DNA of 19,655 bases from Gemmatimonadales bacterium (GCA_041613315.1 JBFJHJ010000045.1:1-19655); one strand, 5' to 3'. Positions 1 through 9,300 are shown, numbered from the stretch's first letter. Numbers and translations are program-made. Notes: generated from the sequence alone by a model not told the origin.

Positions 1-2
1 CC

Positions 3-23
3 CGCTCACCGCTCACACCTCAC
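3..23. repeat. Heptamer tandem repeat (nnCTCAC x3), possibly truncated by window edge
   Basis: cgctcac / cgctcac / acctcac at 3-9, 10-16, 17-23. Confidence 0.5.
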
Positions 24-30
24 GTCAAAC

Positions 31-60
31 GAAAAAACCCCGGTCGCGAGGCGCCGGGGC
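31..60 (-). terminator. Intrinsic terminator directly 3' of the SAM-II aptamer
   Basis: Minus-strand RNA CCCCGG-CGC-cuc-GCG-a-CCGGGG-UUUUUU: a GC stem of 6+3 bp with one bulged A, followed by U6. Confidence 0.8.
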
Positions 61-65
61 GGGCG

Positions 66-116
66 TTTTAGCGACTTGTTTAACGTGGCTGCAATAGGCG
101 CAAATCACCACGGATC
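66..116 (-). ncRNA. SAM-II (SAM-alpha class) riboswitch aptamer
   Basis: Minus strand reads GAUCCGUGGUGAUUUG-cgccuau-UGCAGCCACGUUAAACAAGUCGCUAAAA. P1 is CGUGG/CCACG, the pseudoknot is GAUUUG/CAAGUC, and the 3' tail is GCUAAA. This matches the SAM-II consensus known from alphaproteobacterial met genes as I recall it. Confidence 0.9.
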
Positions 117-132
117 ACGATTGTCGGTGAGG

Positions 133-161
133 AATCTACGCTGCTCCGCAATTCCTGGGAA
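133..161 (-). promoter_or_regulatory. Putative sigma70 promoter for the riboswitch leader
   Basis: Minus strand TTCCCA (161-156) - 17 nt - TAGATT (138-133). Predicted TSS near 126, about 10-15 nt upstream of P1. Confidence 0.45.
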
Positions 162-164
162 GGG

Positions 165-201
165 GGTCGGGAAAGGACGAGGGGTGGTCGTCCCCCCGAC
201 C
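165..201. other. GC-rich stem-loop immediately after the yggU stop (possible terminator or stabiliser of the kgd-yggT-yggU mRNA)
   Basis: ggtcggg..ggacga / tcgtcc..cccgacc inverted repeat. Only a weak pyrimidine tail on the minus strand. Confidence 0.45.
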
Positions 202-205
202 GCCC

Positions 206-487
206 TTACACTCCTAACCGCCGCACGGCCTCGTCGGTATCGAGCCCCTCGATGACCACCCGTTTCCGCCGGCCGCCGGCACCGGCGGCGAGCGACACGC
301 TGGACGGCGGCATGCCCAGCCGGTCGGCGAGGAAGCGGACCAGCTCGGCGTTGGCGGCGCCCCCCGACGGCGGCGCCGCGACGCGGACCTTGATCGCGTC
401 GCCGTGCCACCCCGCGACTTCCGTGCGCCGCGCCTTCGGCTGGACGTGCAGGGTGAGGCGGGCGCTGCGAGGCGGTGCGGGCGTCAC
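206..487 (-). CDS. yggU: DUF167 / YggU (UPF0235) family protein
   Basis: Motifs LHVQPKARR, IKVRVAAPP.GGAAN.ELVRFLA, GAGGRRK. It lies downstream of yggT, a conserved gene order. Confidence 0.9.
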   Translation of the reverse strand: MTPAPPRSARLTLHVQPKARRTEVAGWHGDAIKVRVAAPPSGGAANAELVRFLADRLGMPPSSVSLAAGAGGRRKRVVIEGLDTDEAVRRLGV

Positions 488-508
488 CCCATGGCTCGCG
501 ACGACGCT

Positions 509-529
509 ATCCGTCGTCCGTCATCCGTG
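509..529. repeat. Heptamer tandem repeat (RTCCGTS x3)
   Basis: atccgtc / gtccgtc / atccgtg; the same unit occurs at 4853-4880. Confidence 0.55.
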
Positions 530-538
530 ATTCGCTGT

Positions 539-572
539 GTGGTGGTCAGCGCCGGTAGATCGGGACCACCAC
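539..572. other. Intercistronic stem-loop between yggT and yggU
   Basis: Perfect 9-bp inverted repeat GTGGTGGTC (539-547) / GACCACCAC (564-572). Confidence 0.55.
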
Positions 573-581
573 CGCGTGCGG

Positions 582-1151
582 TCAGAGGACCGACACGATC
601 ACGCCGAGGGCGATTTGAATGACGAACCACGCGACGAACGGCGTGATGTCGATGGGGCCGAGGGGCGGGATCACACGCTTGAGCGGCTCGACGATCCAGT
701 CGGTGAGCCGGTACGCGTACTTCATGACCGCCTGGTACCGCCCGACGCCGAGCCACGATCCGATCACCCGCGCGATGAGCGCGAACGAGACGATTTGGCC
801 GGCGAGCACGATCGCGAAGCGGATCGCGGCCAGCGGCCCGGTGAGCGCCGCCCGAGCCAGCCCGAGCACCGTGGTGATCAGGAGTTGCGCCACCGACAGC
901 ACGAGGATGCCGCCGATGAGGCTCACGCCGAAGAGCCACCAGCCGGCGTTCTGCGGGTTGCCGCCGCGGCGCAACTGCCACGTCTCGATCGGCGCGAGAA
1001 CAGGGTCCGTCAATCGGCGGATGGTCTGCCCGGCCGAGCCGAACGGACTGATGCGGCGCGACCGTACCGCCCACGAGCCGAGGGCGATGGCCGCGCTGCC
1101 GACGAAGACACCGAACACGGCGTACCGGAGCACATCGAGGACAAGCGTCAC
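582..1151 (-). CDS. yggT: YggT family membrane protein (two YGGT repeats)
   Basis: Hydrophobic helices with RLTDP.LAPI and RLTDWIVEPLKRVIPPLGPIDITP motifs. The GTG start overlaps the kgd TGA (GTGA), with GGAGG upstream. Confidence 0.9.
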   Translation of the reverse strand: MTLVLDVLRYAVFGVFVGSAAIALGSWAVRSRRISPFGSAGQTIRRLTDPVLAPIETWQLRRGGNPQNAGWWLFGVSLIGGILVLSVAQLLITTVLGLARAALTGPLAAIRFAIVLAGQIVSFALIARVIGSWLGVGRYQAVMKYAYRLTDWIVEPLKRVIPPLGPIDITPFVAWFVIQIALGVIVSVL

Positions 1152-4100
1152 GCGAGTACCTCCGTTACGAGTCGGTCCTGCTCCTGCTTATGTGCCGCGG
1201 GATACCCCTCGGCCGGACTGGCCCGCTCCGGCCGCGAGACGTAGCGGAGCTGGAGCCCGCGGGGGAGCACGTCGCCGATGCGCGGGATCGCCCATTTCCT
1301 GGCGCCGAAATTCTTGGGCTCTTCCTGGAGCCAGACCACTTCTCGGAGGTTTGGGTAGGACGTGATGAGCTCGCGGACCGCCTCGGCGGGCCATGGATAG
1401 AGAAGCTCCACCCGCCCCACCGCCACGTGCGCCGCCTCCGGCCGGCGGCCGCTCATCACCGTGTCGTAGTAGATCTTGCCCGAGCACAGCACCAACCGGG
1501 TCACGTCGTCCCGGCTCCCCGGGAGCGCCGGATCGCCCATCACGTGGTGGAACCGACCCTCCGTCAACTCGCCGAGTGTGGAGGCTGCCTGCGGCAGGCG
1601 GAGCAGGCTCTTGGGGGTCATCAGCACCAGCGGCCGCAGCTCCGTATGCGTCGCCTGGCGCCGCAGGAGGTGGAAGTACTGCGCCGGGGTCGAGCAGTTG
1701 GCGACGCGGATGTTGTTCTCCGCACCCAGCGCCAGGAACCGCTCCAGCCGTGCGCTCGAGTGCTCGGGCCCTTGGCCCTCATAGCCGTGCGGGAGGAGCA
1801 GCGTGAGGCGGGACGTCTGCCCCCACTTGGCGAGGCCCGCCACGATGAACTGGTCAATGATGATCTCGCCGCCGTTCACGAAGTCACCGAACTGGGCCTC
1901 CCACAGGACGAGCGTCTCCGGTGCCGCCACGCTGTAGCCGTACTCGAACCCCATCGCGCCATACTCCGACAGCGGGCTGTTGTGCAGCTCGAGCGGTGCC
2001 TTGGCGTCCGGCAGGTGGCGAATCGGCGTGTAGACCCGCCCGTCCTCCGCGTCGTGGAGCGTGAGGTGCCGCTGGCTGAAGGTGCCCCGTTCGGTGTCCT
2101 GGCCGGTGAGGCGAATCGGGATCCCTTCCACCAGGAGCGACGCGTAGGCCAGCGACTCGGCGTGCGACCATTCGATCCTTTGTCCGTCGAGCGCCCCGCG
2201 GCGTTGCTCGAACAGCTTCTGGAGCTTTCGGTTCACGCGGAACCCATCGGGGACGGTGAGCAGTTGCTCGTTCAGGTCCCGCAGCCGCTCGGCGCCCACG
2301 GCCGTCGCCGGCTCGTGTTCCGCGGCGAACACGCCGGAGCGGCGGGGCGGCTCAACCGGGGCATCGCTGCCCTCGTCGCCCCGCTCGCGCTGTCGCAGCT
2401 TGTCCTGCGTCTCCCGCAGTTGCCGCTGCACGCGCGCCGCCATCTCCTCCGCCTCCTCCTCCGTCACCACGCCGTCGTCGACCGCCGCCGTCGCATACAG
2501 CTCCCGGACCGTCGGATGGTCGTCCACCCGGCGGTACATGAGCGGCTGGGTGTAGCGGGGCTCGTCGCACTCGTTGTGCCCGTGCCGCCGATAGCCGACC
2601 AGGTTGATCACGACGTCACCGTGGAACTTCTGCCGGTACATCATCGCGAGCCGCACGGCCGTGAGACACGCGTGCGGGTCGTCGGCGTTCACGTGCACGA
2701 TCGGCACGTCGAAGCCCTTGGCCAGATCGCTGGCAAAGTCGGTGGACCGGGCGTCGCCGGGATTCGTGGTGAAGCCGATCTGGTTGTTGGCGATGATGTG
2801 GAGCGTACCGCCGGTGGTGTAGCCCTCGAGCCGCGCGAGGTTGAGCGTCTCGGCCACGACTCCCTGCGCGGCGAAGGCCGCGTCCCCGTGGATCAAGACC
2901 GGCAGGACACTGGCCGGCGCGTGCCGTAACTCGGGCGCGGATCGGTCGGACTGCCGCGCCCGGGCCGAGCCCACCACGACGGGGTTCACCGCCTCGAGGT
3001 GGCTGGGGTTCGGCATGAGGCTCACATCGAGCTCGGCACCGCTCGAGGTGCGGTAGATGCCGTGCGCACCGTGATGGTACTTCACGTCGCCGGTCCGGCC
3101 GGTCGTGATGAGCGTGTCCACGTCCAGTCCGCCCTCGAACTCGCGCAGCACGTTCTGGTACGGTACGCCGAGGATGTGCGCGAGGACGTTGAGCCGCCCC
3201 CGGTGCGCCATCCCGATCACGATCTCGTCCGCGCCCTGCTCCGCGGCGAGGTCCAGCGCCTTGTGGAGCATCGGAACGAGCGTGTCGAGCCCCTCGATGC
3301 TGAAGCGCTTCTGGCCCAGGTACGCGCGCTGGAGGAACTGCTCCAGTCCCCCCACCCGCGTGAGACGCTCCAGGAGCTGGCGCCGTTCGTCCTCGGAGAG
3401 CGGCTTGCGGTGCTCCCCCGACTCGATGACGCGGCGCAGCCATTCCCGCTCTTCGTGATTGGCGATGTGCTCGATCTCGTAGGCGACGGTTCCGCAATAG
3501 GTCTCGCTGAGCTTCGGCAGGACATCCGCCACCGTGTCGCCGGGGGCGTAGACCCGCAGCACGCTCGCCGGGATACGCGCGAGTTGCGGCGGCGCGAGGT
3601 CCCAGGCGGCCGGGTCGAGCGAGGGATCGCCCCGGGGCGGCACGCCGAGCGGATCGAGGTGCGCCGCCAGATAGCCGTGGGAGCGGTGGTGGTCCACCAT
3701 CGCCATCGCCGCGGCGACCTGACGAAGCGTCGCCTCGTCGACGGCGCCACCCCGCGCGGCCGGAGCGGGGGAGATGGCCGCACCCGCCGCCATTGCCGCT
3801 TCCGCCGCCCCTGGTTCCACTTCCATCGCCTCGGCGACCGCCCCGTAGAATCCCTCGGCGCCTTGCAGCAGCTGGTCGACCACCCGCAGGAACATCCCCG
3901 ACTCGGCGCCCTGGATGATCCGGTGGTCGTACGTGCTCGTGAGCGTCATGAGCCGCGTGCCGCCGACTTCGCGGATCGCCCCGGTCGCGATGATGGATCC
4001 CTGCCCCTTCATGAGCCGCGGCACCGACGCCACCGTCCCGATCGTGCCAGGATTGGTGAGCGTGATCGTGCCGCCCATGTAGGCGTCCGGCATCAGCTTC

Positions 4101-4762
4101 CCGTCGCGAGCCCCGGCCACCAGCCGCTCGTATTCCTCGTAGAACGCGCGAAACGCCATCGCGTCCGCGCGCTTGATCACCGGTACCAGCAGCTTGCGCT
4201 TTCCGTCCCGACCCTCGACGTCCACGGCGAGCCCCAGGTGCACGCCGCCCGGATCCTGCCGGTAGTAGTCGTCGCCCTCGCGGGCGACGGCGTGCACCAT
4301 GGCGGGGATCTGCTTGGCCGCCTGCACGATCGCCCACCCGATCAGGTGGGTGAAGGAGAGCTTGAGATCGCGCGGCGTGAGCGCGCGGTTGAGCGCCGCG
4401 CGGACGGCCCACAGGTGGGCGACGTCCACGTCGCGGAACGACGTCGCGGTCGGGACCTCGAGCGACACCTCCATGTTCTGGAGCAAGCGGAGCGCGGGGC
4501 CGGTGATGCGCTGCGGCGAGCCGGGCGCAGACGGGGCAGTGGGGGCAGGAGATCCGCGCTCGGCGGTGGCTGCCGCTCCCCCTGCCGCTCCTGCCCCTGC
4601 TGTGTCTCCCGCCCCGACCGCACTCACCGGCGCGTCCCCCTGCAGTCCGTTCTCGAACAGCTCGCGCCACTCCGGCGGCACCGACTGCGGGTCCCGCAGG
4701 TAGTCCTCGTACAGCGCCTGGGCGAAGCCCGAGTTGACGGTCTCGAAGATGTTCTCGAACAC
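1148..4762 (-). CDS. kgd: Multifunctional 2-oxoglutarate dehydrogenase, E2-like succinyltransferase domain fused to E1 (Kgd/OdhA type)
   Basis: N-terminal LYEDYLRDPQSV.PEW segment, E2 catalytic-like TYDHRIIQGAESG, and E1 motifs KRFSIEG, GMAHRGRLN, HGDAAFAAQG (ThDP), WEAQFGDF and LPHGYEGQGPEHSS. Start placed at GTG 4762 rather than TTG 4807 because a promoter-like -10 overlaps 4806-4811. Confidence 0.95.
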   Translation of the reverse strand: MFENIFETVNSGFAQALYEDYLRDPQSVPPEWRELFENGLQGDAPVSAVGAGDTAGAGAAGGAAATAERGSPAPTAPSAPGSPQRITGPALRLLQNMEVSLEVPTATSFRDVDVAHLWAVRAALNRALTPRDLKLSFTHLIGWAIVQAAKQIPAMVHAVAREGDDYYRQDPGGVHLGLAVDVEGRDGKRKLLVPVIKRADAMAFRAFYEEYERLVAGARDGKLMPDAYMGGTITLTNPGTIGTVASVPRLMKGQGSIIATGAIREVGGTRLMTLTSTYDHRIIQGAESGMFLRVVDQLLQGAEGFYGAVAEAMEVEPGAAEAAMAAGAAISPAPAARGGAVDEATLRQVAAAMAMVDHHRSHGYLAAHLDPLGVPPRGDPSLDPAAWDLAPPQLARIPASVLRVYAPGDTVADVLPKLSETYCGTVAYEIEHIANHEEREWLRRVIESGEHRKPLSEDERRQLLERLTRVGGLEQFLQRAYLGQKRFSIEGLDTLVPMLHKALDLAAEQGADEIVIGMAHRGRLNVLAHILGVPYQNVLREFEGGLDVDTLITTGRTGDVKYHHGAHGIYRTSSGAELDVSLMPNPSHLEAVNPVVVGSARARQSDRSAPELRHAPASVLPVLIHGDAAFAAQGVVAETLNLARLEGYTTGGTLHIIANNQIGFTTNPGDARSTDFASDLAKGFDVPIVHVNADDPHACLTAVRLAMMYRQKFHGDVVINLVGYRRHGHNECDEPRYTQPLMYRRVDDHPTVRELYATAAVDDGVVTEEEAEEMAARVQRQLRETQDKLRQRERGDEGSDAPVEPPRRSGVFAAEHEPATAVGAERLRDLNEQLLTVPDGFRVNRKLQKLFEQRRGALDGQRIEWSHAESLAYASLLVEGIPIRLTGQDTERGTFSQRHLTLHDAEDGRVYTPIRHLPDAKAPLELHNSPLSEYGAMGFEYGYSVAAPETLVLWEAQFGDFVNGGEIIIDQFIVAGLAKWGQTSRLTLLLPHGYEGQGPEHSSARLERFLALGAENNIRVANCSTPAQYFHLLRRQATHTELRPLVLMTPKSLLRLPQAASTLGELTEGRFHHVMGDPALPGSRDDVTRLVLCSGKIYYDTVMSGRRPEAAHVAVGRVELLYPWPAEAVRELITSYPNLREVVWLQEEPKNFGARKWAIPRIGDVLPRGLQLRYVSRPERASPAEGYPAAHKQEQDRLVTEVLA

Positions 4763-4805
4763 GATGCGATGGCCTTTGCTCTGATCTAACGCGTTTGCGT
4801 CACGC

Positions 4806-4834
4806 AAGATACGGTGACACTGGTCGCAAGTCGA
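4806..4834 (-). promoter_or_regulatory. Putative sigma70 promoter of kgd
   Basis: Minus strand TCGACT (4834-4829) - 17 nt - TATCTT (4811-4806). Confidence 0.4.
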
Positions 4835-4852
4835 GTTTGTGCGTACTACGTT

Positions 4853-4948
4853 ATCCGTCGACCGTCGTTCGTTCTCCGTCCGGTGTCGAGCCCGCCGTCG
4901 AGGCGTACCGGCCGGCGGATGACCGATAACAGAAAACGGCTAACGGAG
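4853..4948. repeat. Inverted pair of degenerate heptamer arrays
   Basis: Left arm atccgtc gaccgtc gttcgtt ctccgtc (4853-4880). Right arm ggcggat gaccgat aacagaa aacggct aacggag (4914-4948) is the reverse-complement unit. Confidence 0.6.
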
Positions 4949-4953
4949 GCCAG

Positions 4954-5427
4954 ATGTTCACCGCCATCCGCCACTTCGCCAATAGCTGGCGCCACGAGTC
5001 CGCGCAGACCGCGCGGGTGTTGGCCCAGCTGACCGACGAGTCGCTCGCGACGCGCGCCGCCCCAGGCCACCGCAGTCTGGGCGAGCTCGCCTGGCACATC
5101 GTCGTGTCGCCGCGTGTGATCGCCGGGAAGGCGGGGGTCGTCTTCGACGCCCCGGACCGCAAGCTCCCGGCCCCCGCGCGCGCGGCGGAGATCCATTCGA
5201 CCTACGTGGACGCGGCAAAGGCGTTCGGCGCCGCGGTGGAGCGGGATTGGACTGACGAGATGCTCAGGGAAAAGGTGGACTTCTACGGTGGGCGCGTACC
5301 CCGCGGCGTGGCGCTCGCGGTCACGCTACACCACGAAATCCACCACCGCGGGCAGATGACCGTCCTGATGCGGATGGCGGGGCTCAAGGTGCCGGGCGTC
5401 TACGGGCCATCGAAAGACGACGCGTGA
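4954..5427 (+). CDS. DinB/YfiT superfamily putative metal-dependent enzyme
   Basis: RSLGELAWHI and HHEIHHRGQM.V.MR.AG..VPGVYGP His-triad motifs. GGAGG SD at 4945-4949. Confidence 0.9.
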   Translation: MFTAIRHFANSWRHESAQTARVLAQLTDESLATRAAPGHRSLGELAWHIVVSPRVIAGKAGVVFDAPDRKLPAPARAAEIHSTYVDAAKAFGAAVERDWTDEMLREKVDFYGGRVPRGVALAVTLHHEIHHRGQMTVLMRMAGLKVPGVYGPSKDDA

Positions 5428-5431
5428 GGCG

Positions 5432-6226
5432 CTAGCGGCTCCGCGCGACGAAGCTCTGGAGCCGCTGCCGGAACTCATCGGAGGTGAGCGCCTCGAGCTG
5501 GGCGCGGCCTTCCTGCTCCAGATGCCGCTCGAGGGCTTGCAGCTCGTCCCCCCGCGCGAGCGCCTTGATCCGCCGCACCGAGGTACGCGCCGCATCGGCC
5601 AGGCGCCCCGCCAGCGCCGCCGCCTCCGCCTCGATGCGCTCGGCCGGGTACACCGCGCTCACCAACCCGATCTCCCGGGCCCGGGCCGCGTCCACCGTGG
5701 CGCCGGCGAGCAGCACGTCCAGCGCGTTCCCCGAGCCCAGCAGCCGAGGCAGTGTATAGGTAGACCCGCCGTCGGGCACCAGCCCCATCATCGCGAACGC
5801 CGACGAAACCGCGAGCGTGTCCGACGCGATCCTGAGATCGCACGCGAGCGCGATGTCGAGCCCGATGCCCGCGACGCTTCCCTCCAGCACCCCCACCACA
5901 GGGAGCGGTGATCGCACGATCGCCCGCACGACGTCCTGGAACGCCCGCAGCCCCTTCTCGAGATCTTGGCCCGTCAGGGCGTCGCCCAACTCCAGGTACC
6001 ACTTGAGGTCGAGCCCGACGCAAAAGTGGCCCCCGTCCCCGCGAAGGAGCACCGCGCGCACGGCGTGGTCGCGACCGGCGGCGTCCACCTGGGTCGCCAG
6101 CGCGCGGGCGACCTCGGGCGTCAAGGCGTTGCGCCGCTCGGGGCGGTCGAGGGTCAGCATCCTGGCGGCGCCCACCGTTTGCACGATGAGCCCGTCGAGG
6201 GTCGGGGCGGCACGCTCGGGAGGCAC
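5432..6226 (-). CDS. Enoyl-CoA hydratase/isomerase (crotonase) family protein, PaaG-like
   Basis: LTLDRPERRNAL, FCVGLDL oxyanion-hole loop, AGIGLDIALACDLRIA and GLVPDGG. It carries Asp rather than the Glu pair of classical hydratases. Confidence 0.9.
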   Translation of the reverse strand: MPPERAAPTLDGLIVQTVGAARMLTLDRPERRNALTPEVARALATQVDAAGRDHAVRAVLLRGDGGHFCVGLDLKWYLELGDALTGQDLEKGLRAFQDVVRAIVRSPLPVVGVLEGSVAGIGLDIALACDLRIASDTLAVSSAFAMMGLVPDGGSTYTLPRLLGSGNALDVLLAGATVDAARAREIGLVSAVYPAERIEAEAAALAGRLADAARTSVRRIKALARGDELQALERHLEQEGRAQLEALTSDEFRQRLQSFVARSR

Positions 6227-6358
6227 GGCGGAAGCGTACCGTGCGCGGGGGCGCGTGTCCAGCGGTAGACCGACACGCCCGTTCCGCGTGAGTTCTACCG
6301 CGCTTTCCAGTGTTACCGTCCGTTCCGTCTGTGCTGACTTTCAGCCTATATTGACGCC

Positions 6359-9300
6359 ATGCCCCTCGCCGCCTTCCACCCCGCCGTCCGCCGCTGGTTC
6401 GCCGAGCGCCTTGGGGAGCCCACACCCCCGCAGGTCCGGGGGTGGGAGGCGATCCGCTCGGGACGGGACACGCTGATCGCCGCGCCCACGGGGTCGGGCA
6501 AGACGCTCGCGGCGTTCCTCCACGCGATCGACGAGCTGTTGCGCGAGGGCGTGGACCACGGGCTGCCCGACGAGGTCCGTGTCCTCTACGTCTCGCCGCT
6601 CAAGGCGCTGTCGGCCGACATCCACAAGAACCTGGCCGAGCCGCGGCGCGAGATCCGCCGCCTGGCGGAAGCGATGGGGTTGGATCCCGCGAAGATCACC
6701 GCGGCCGTCCGGACCGGTGACACGCCGGCGGGCGAGCGCACGCGGATGCTCAAGACGCCGCCCCACATCCTCGTCACGACTCCCGAGTCGCTGTACCTGC
6801 TCCTGACGGCCGCGCGGAGCCGCGAGATGCTCCGCACCGTGCGGACGGTGATCGTGGACGAGATCCACGCCGTGATCGAATCGCGCCGCGGCGCGCACCT
6901 GGCGCTCTCGCTCGAGCGGCTCGAGCACGTGGCGGGCAACCGGATGCAGCGGATCGGGCTCTCCGCCACCCAGAAGCCGATCGAGGAGGTGGCGCGCTTC
7001 CTCGTGGGCGCCGGACGCACGCGGGAGGACGGCACCGCCGACTGCGCGATCGTGGACGAGGGGCACCGGCGCGCCCTGGACCTGGCGGTCGAGATTCCGG
7101 GCTCGCCGCTGGAAGCGGTGATGGCCGGCGAGGTGTGGGAGGAGGTGTACGACCGGCTCGCGCAGCTCGCGCAGGAACACCGTACGACGCTGGTGTTCGT
7201 CAACACTCGGCGGCTGGCGGAGCGGGTCGCGCGGCACCTCTCCGATCGGCTCGGTGAGGACGCGGTGACCGCGCATCACGGCAGCCTGGCGAAGGACGTC
7301 CGGCTCGACGCCGAGGAGCGGCTCAAGACGGGGCAGCTCAAGGCACTCGTCGCGACGGCGTCGCTCGAGCTGGGGATCGACATCGGCCACGTGGACCTCG
7401 TGTGCCAGCTGGGCTCGCCGCGGCGGATCGCCGCGTTGCTCCAGCGGGTGGGGCGTGCGGGGCACACCGTGGGCGGCGTGTCCAAGGGCCGGCTATTTCC
7501 GCTCTCGCGCGACGACTTGGTCGAGGGCGCGGCGCTGTTCCGCGCGGTCAAACTGGGCGAGTTGGATCGGCTCATCATGCCGGAGCATCCGTTAGACGTG
7601 CTCGCGCAGCAGGTGGTGGCCGAGGCGGCGTGCGAGGACTGGGGTGAAGACGACCTGTACGGGCTGGTGACCCGCGCGTACCCGTACCGCGGGCTTCCAC
7701 GCGAGCGGTTCGACGGCGTGGTCGAGATGGTGGCCCGCGGGTTCACGACGCGCCGCGGCCGCCGCGGCGCCCTCGTCCACCGCGACGCGGTGAACCGGAG
7801 GGTGCGCGGCCGCAAGGGCGCCCGCCTCTTCGCGATCACGTCGGGCGGTGCGATCCCCGACAACGCCGACTACCGGGTGGTGCTCGAGCCCGAGGGCACG
7901 TTCATCGGCACCCTGAACGAAGACTTCGCGATCGAGAGCATCCCCGGCGACATCTTCCAGCTCGGCAACGCATCGTGGCGCATGCTGCGGATTCAGACCG
8001 GCACCGTGCGCGTGGAGGACGCCAAGGGGCAACCGCCCACGATTCCGTTCTGGTTGGGCGAAGCCCCCGGGCGGAGTCACGAGCTGTCCCTGGCGGTGTC
8101 GCGGCTGCGTGCGGACTGCGAGTCGCGGATGGCCGATCGCGAGGCGGCCGTCGAGTGGCTGACCGCGGAGATCGGACTCTCACGTCCCGCGGCCGGCCAG
8201 ATCGTGGACTACTTTGCCGAGTCGCTGAGGCTCCTGGGCGTGCTCCCCACGCAGGAGACGCTCGTGGCGGAGCGGTTCTTCGACGAGTCGGGCGGGATGC
8301 AGCTCGTGATCCACGCGCCGTTCGGGAGCCGGGTCAACCGCGCCTGGGGTCTGGCGCTGCGCAAGCGCTTCTGCCGCCAGTTCAACTTCGAGCTCCAGGC
8401 GGCGGCGACCGAGGATGCGGTGCTGCTCTCGTTAGGGCCGCAGCACTCGTTCCCGCTGGACGACGTGTTCCGCTACCTCCATCCGAACGGCGTGCGCGAC
8501 ATCCTGGTGCAGGCGCTGCTGGACGCCCCGGTGTTCCAGACCCGGTGGCGCTGGAACGTCACGATCTCGCTCGCCGTGTTGCGCAACCGCGGCGGCCGGA
8601 AAGTGGCGCCCCAGATCCAGCGCATGGAGGCGGAGGATCTCCTCGCGGCGGCGTTCCCCGACGCGGCGGCGTGCCTCGAGAACATCGCGGGCGACCGGGA
8701 GATCCCCGACCACCCGCTGGTGCAGCAGGCGGTCGGCGACTGCCTGCGCGAGGCGATGGACGTGGACCGGCTGACGGCGATCCTCGAGAGGATCCACAAC
8801 GGCGCCATCACCTATCTCGGCCGCGACCTGCCCGAGCCGTCGCCGCTCACGCACGAGATCCTGAACGCGAGGCCGTACGCGTTCCTCGACGACGCGCCGC
8901 TCGAGGAGCGGCGGGCGCACGCGGTGTACACCCGCCGCGCGATGGAGCCGTCGTCGTCGGACGACCTGGGCGCGCTCGATCCCGAGGCGATCGCGCGCGT
9001 CCGGGACGAGGCGCGGCCCGACTGGGACACCGCGGACGAGCTGCACGATGCCGTGCTGACGTCGGGGTTCTTGACGGCGCACGAGGTCGAGCGAACCGAG
9101 GGCGGTCGAACACAAGGCGGTCAGGCGGACGGGCGTACGGGCGGTCGGGATGGCGACAGCGATGGCCACGGCGCCGGTGACGCCCTACTCGATGAGCTCG
9201 TGCGGGAGCGACGGGTCGGGCGGGTCACGGTCGGGGAAGCCGGCGGCGCGCGCGTGCTCTGGTTCGCCGCGGAGCGGATGCCCGAGATGCGGGCCGTGTG

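Noticed and set aside
484..492. ATG-GGG-TGA mini-ORF overlapping the yggU GTG start
   Set aside because: No SD or correctly spaced -10 supports it; readily arises by chance.
2560..2582. Cys in the kgd GHNECDEP motif
   Set aside because: This position varies among E1o proteins. A single-base change (GGC to TGC) or a sequencing error is sufficient to explain it.
1190..4789. Long antisense or alternative-frame ORFs over kgd (579, 596 and 684 aa) and similar ORFs over lhr, MFS and the fdn genes
   Set aside because: Shadow ORFs typical of high-GC codon bias: Arg/Ala/Pro-rich, no motifs, and fully overlapping well-supported genes.
6305..6335. ttccagtg ttaccgtccg ttccgtctg, a possible 9-mer array
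   Set aside because: Too few and too degenerate units with irregular period.
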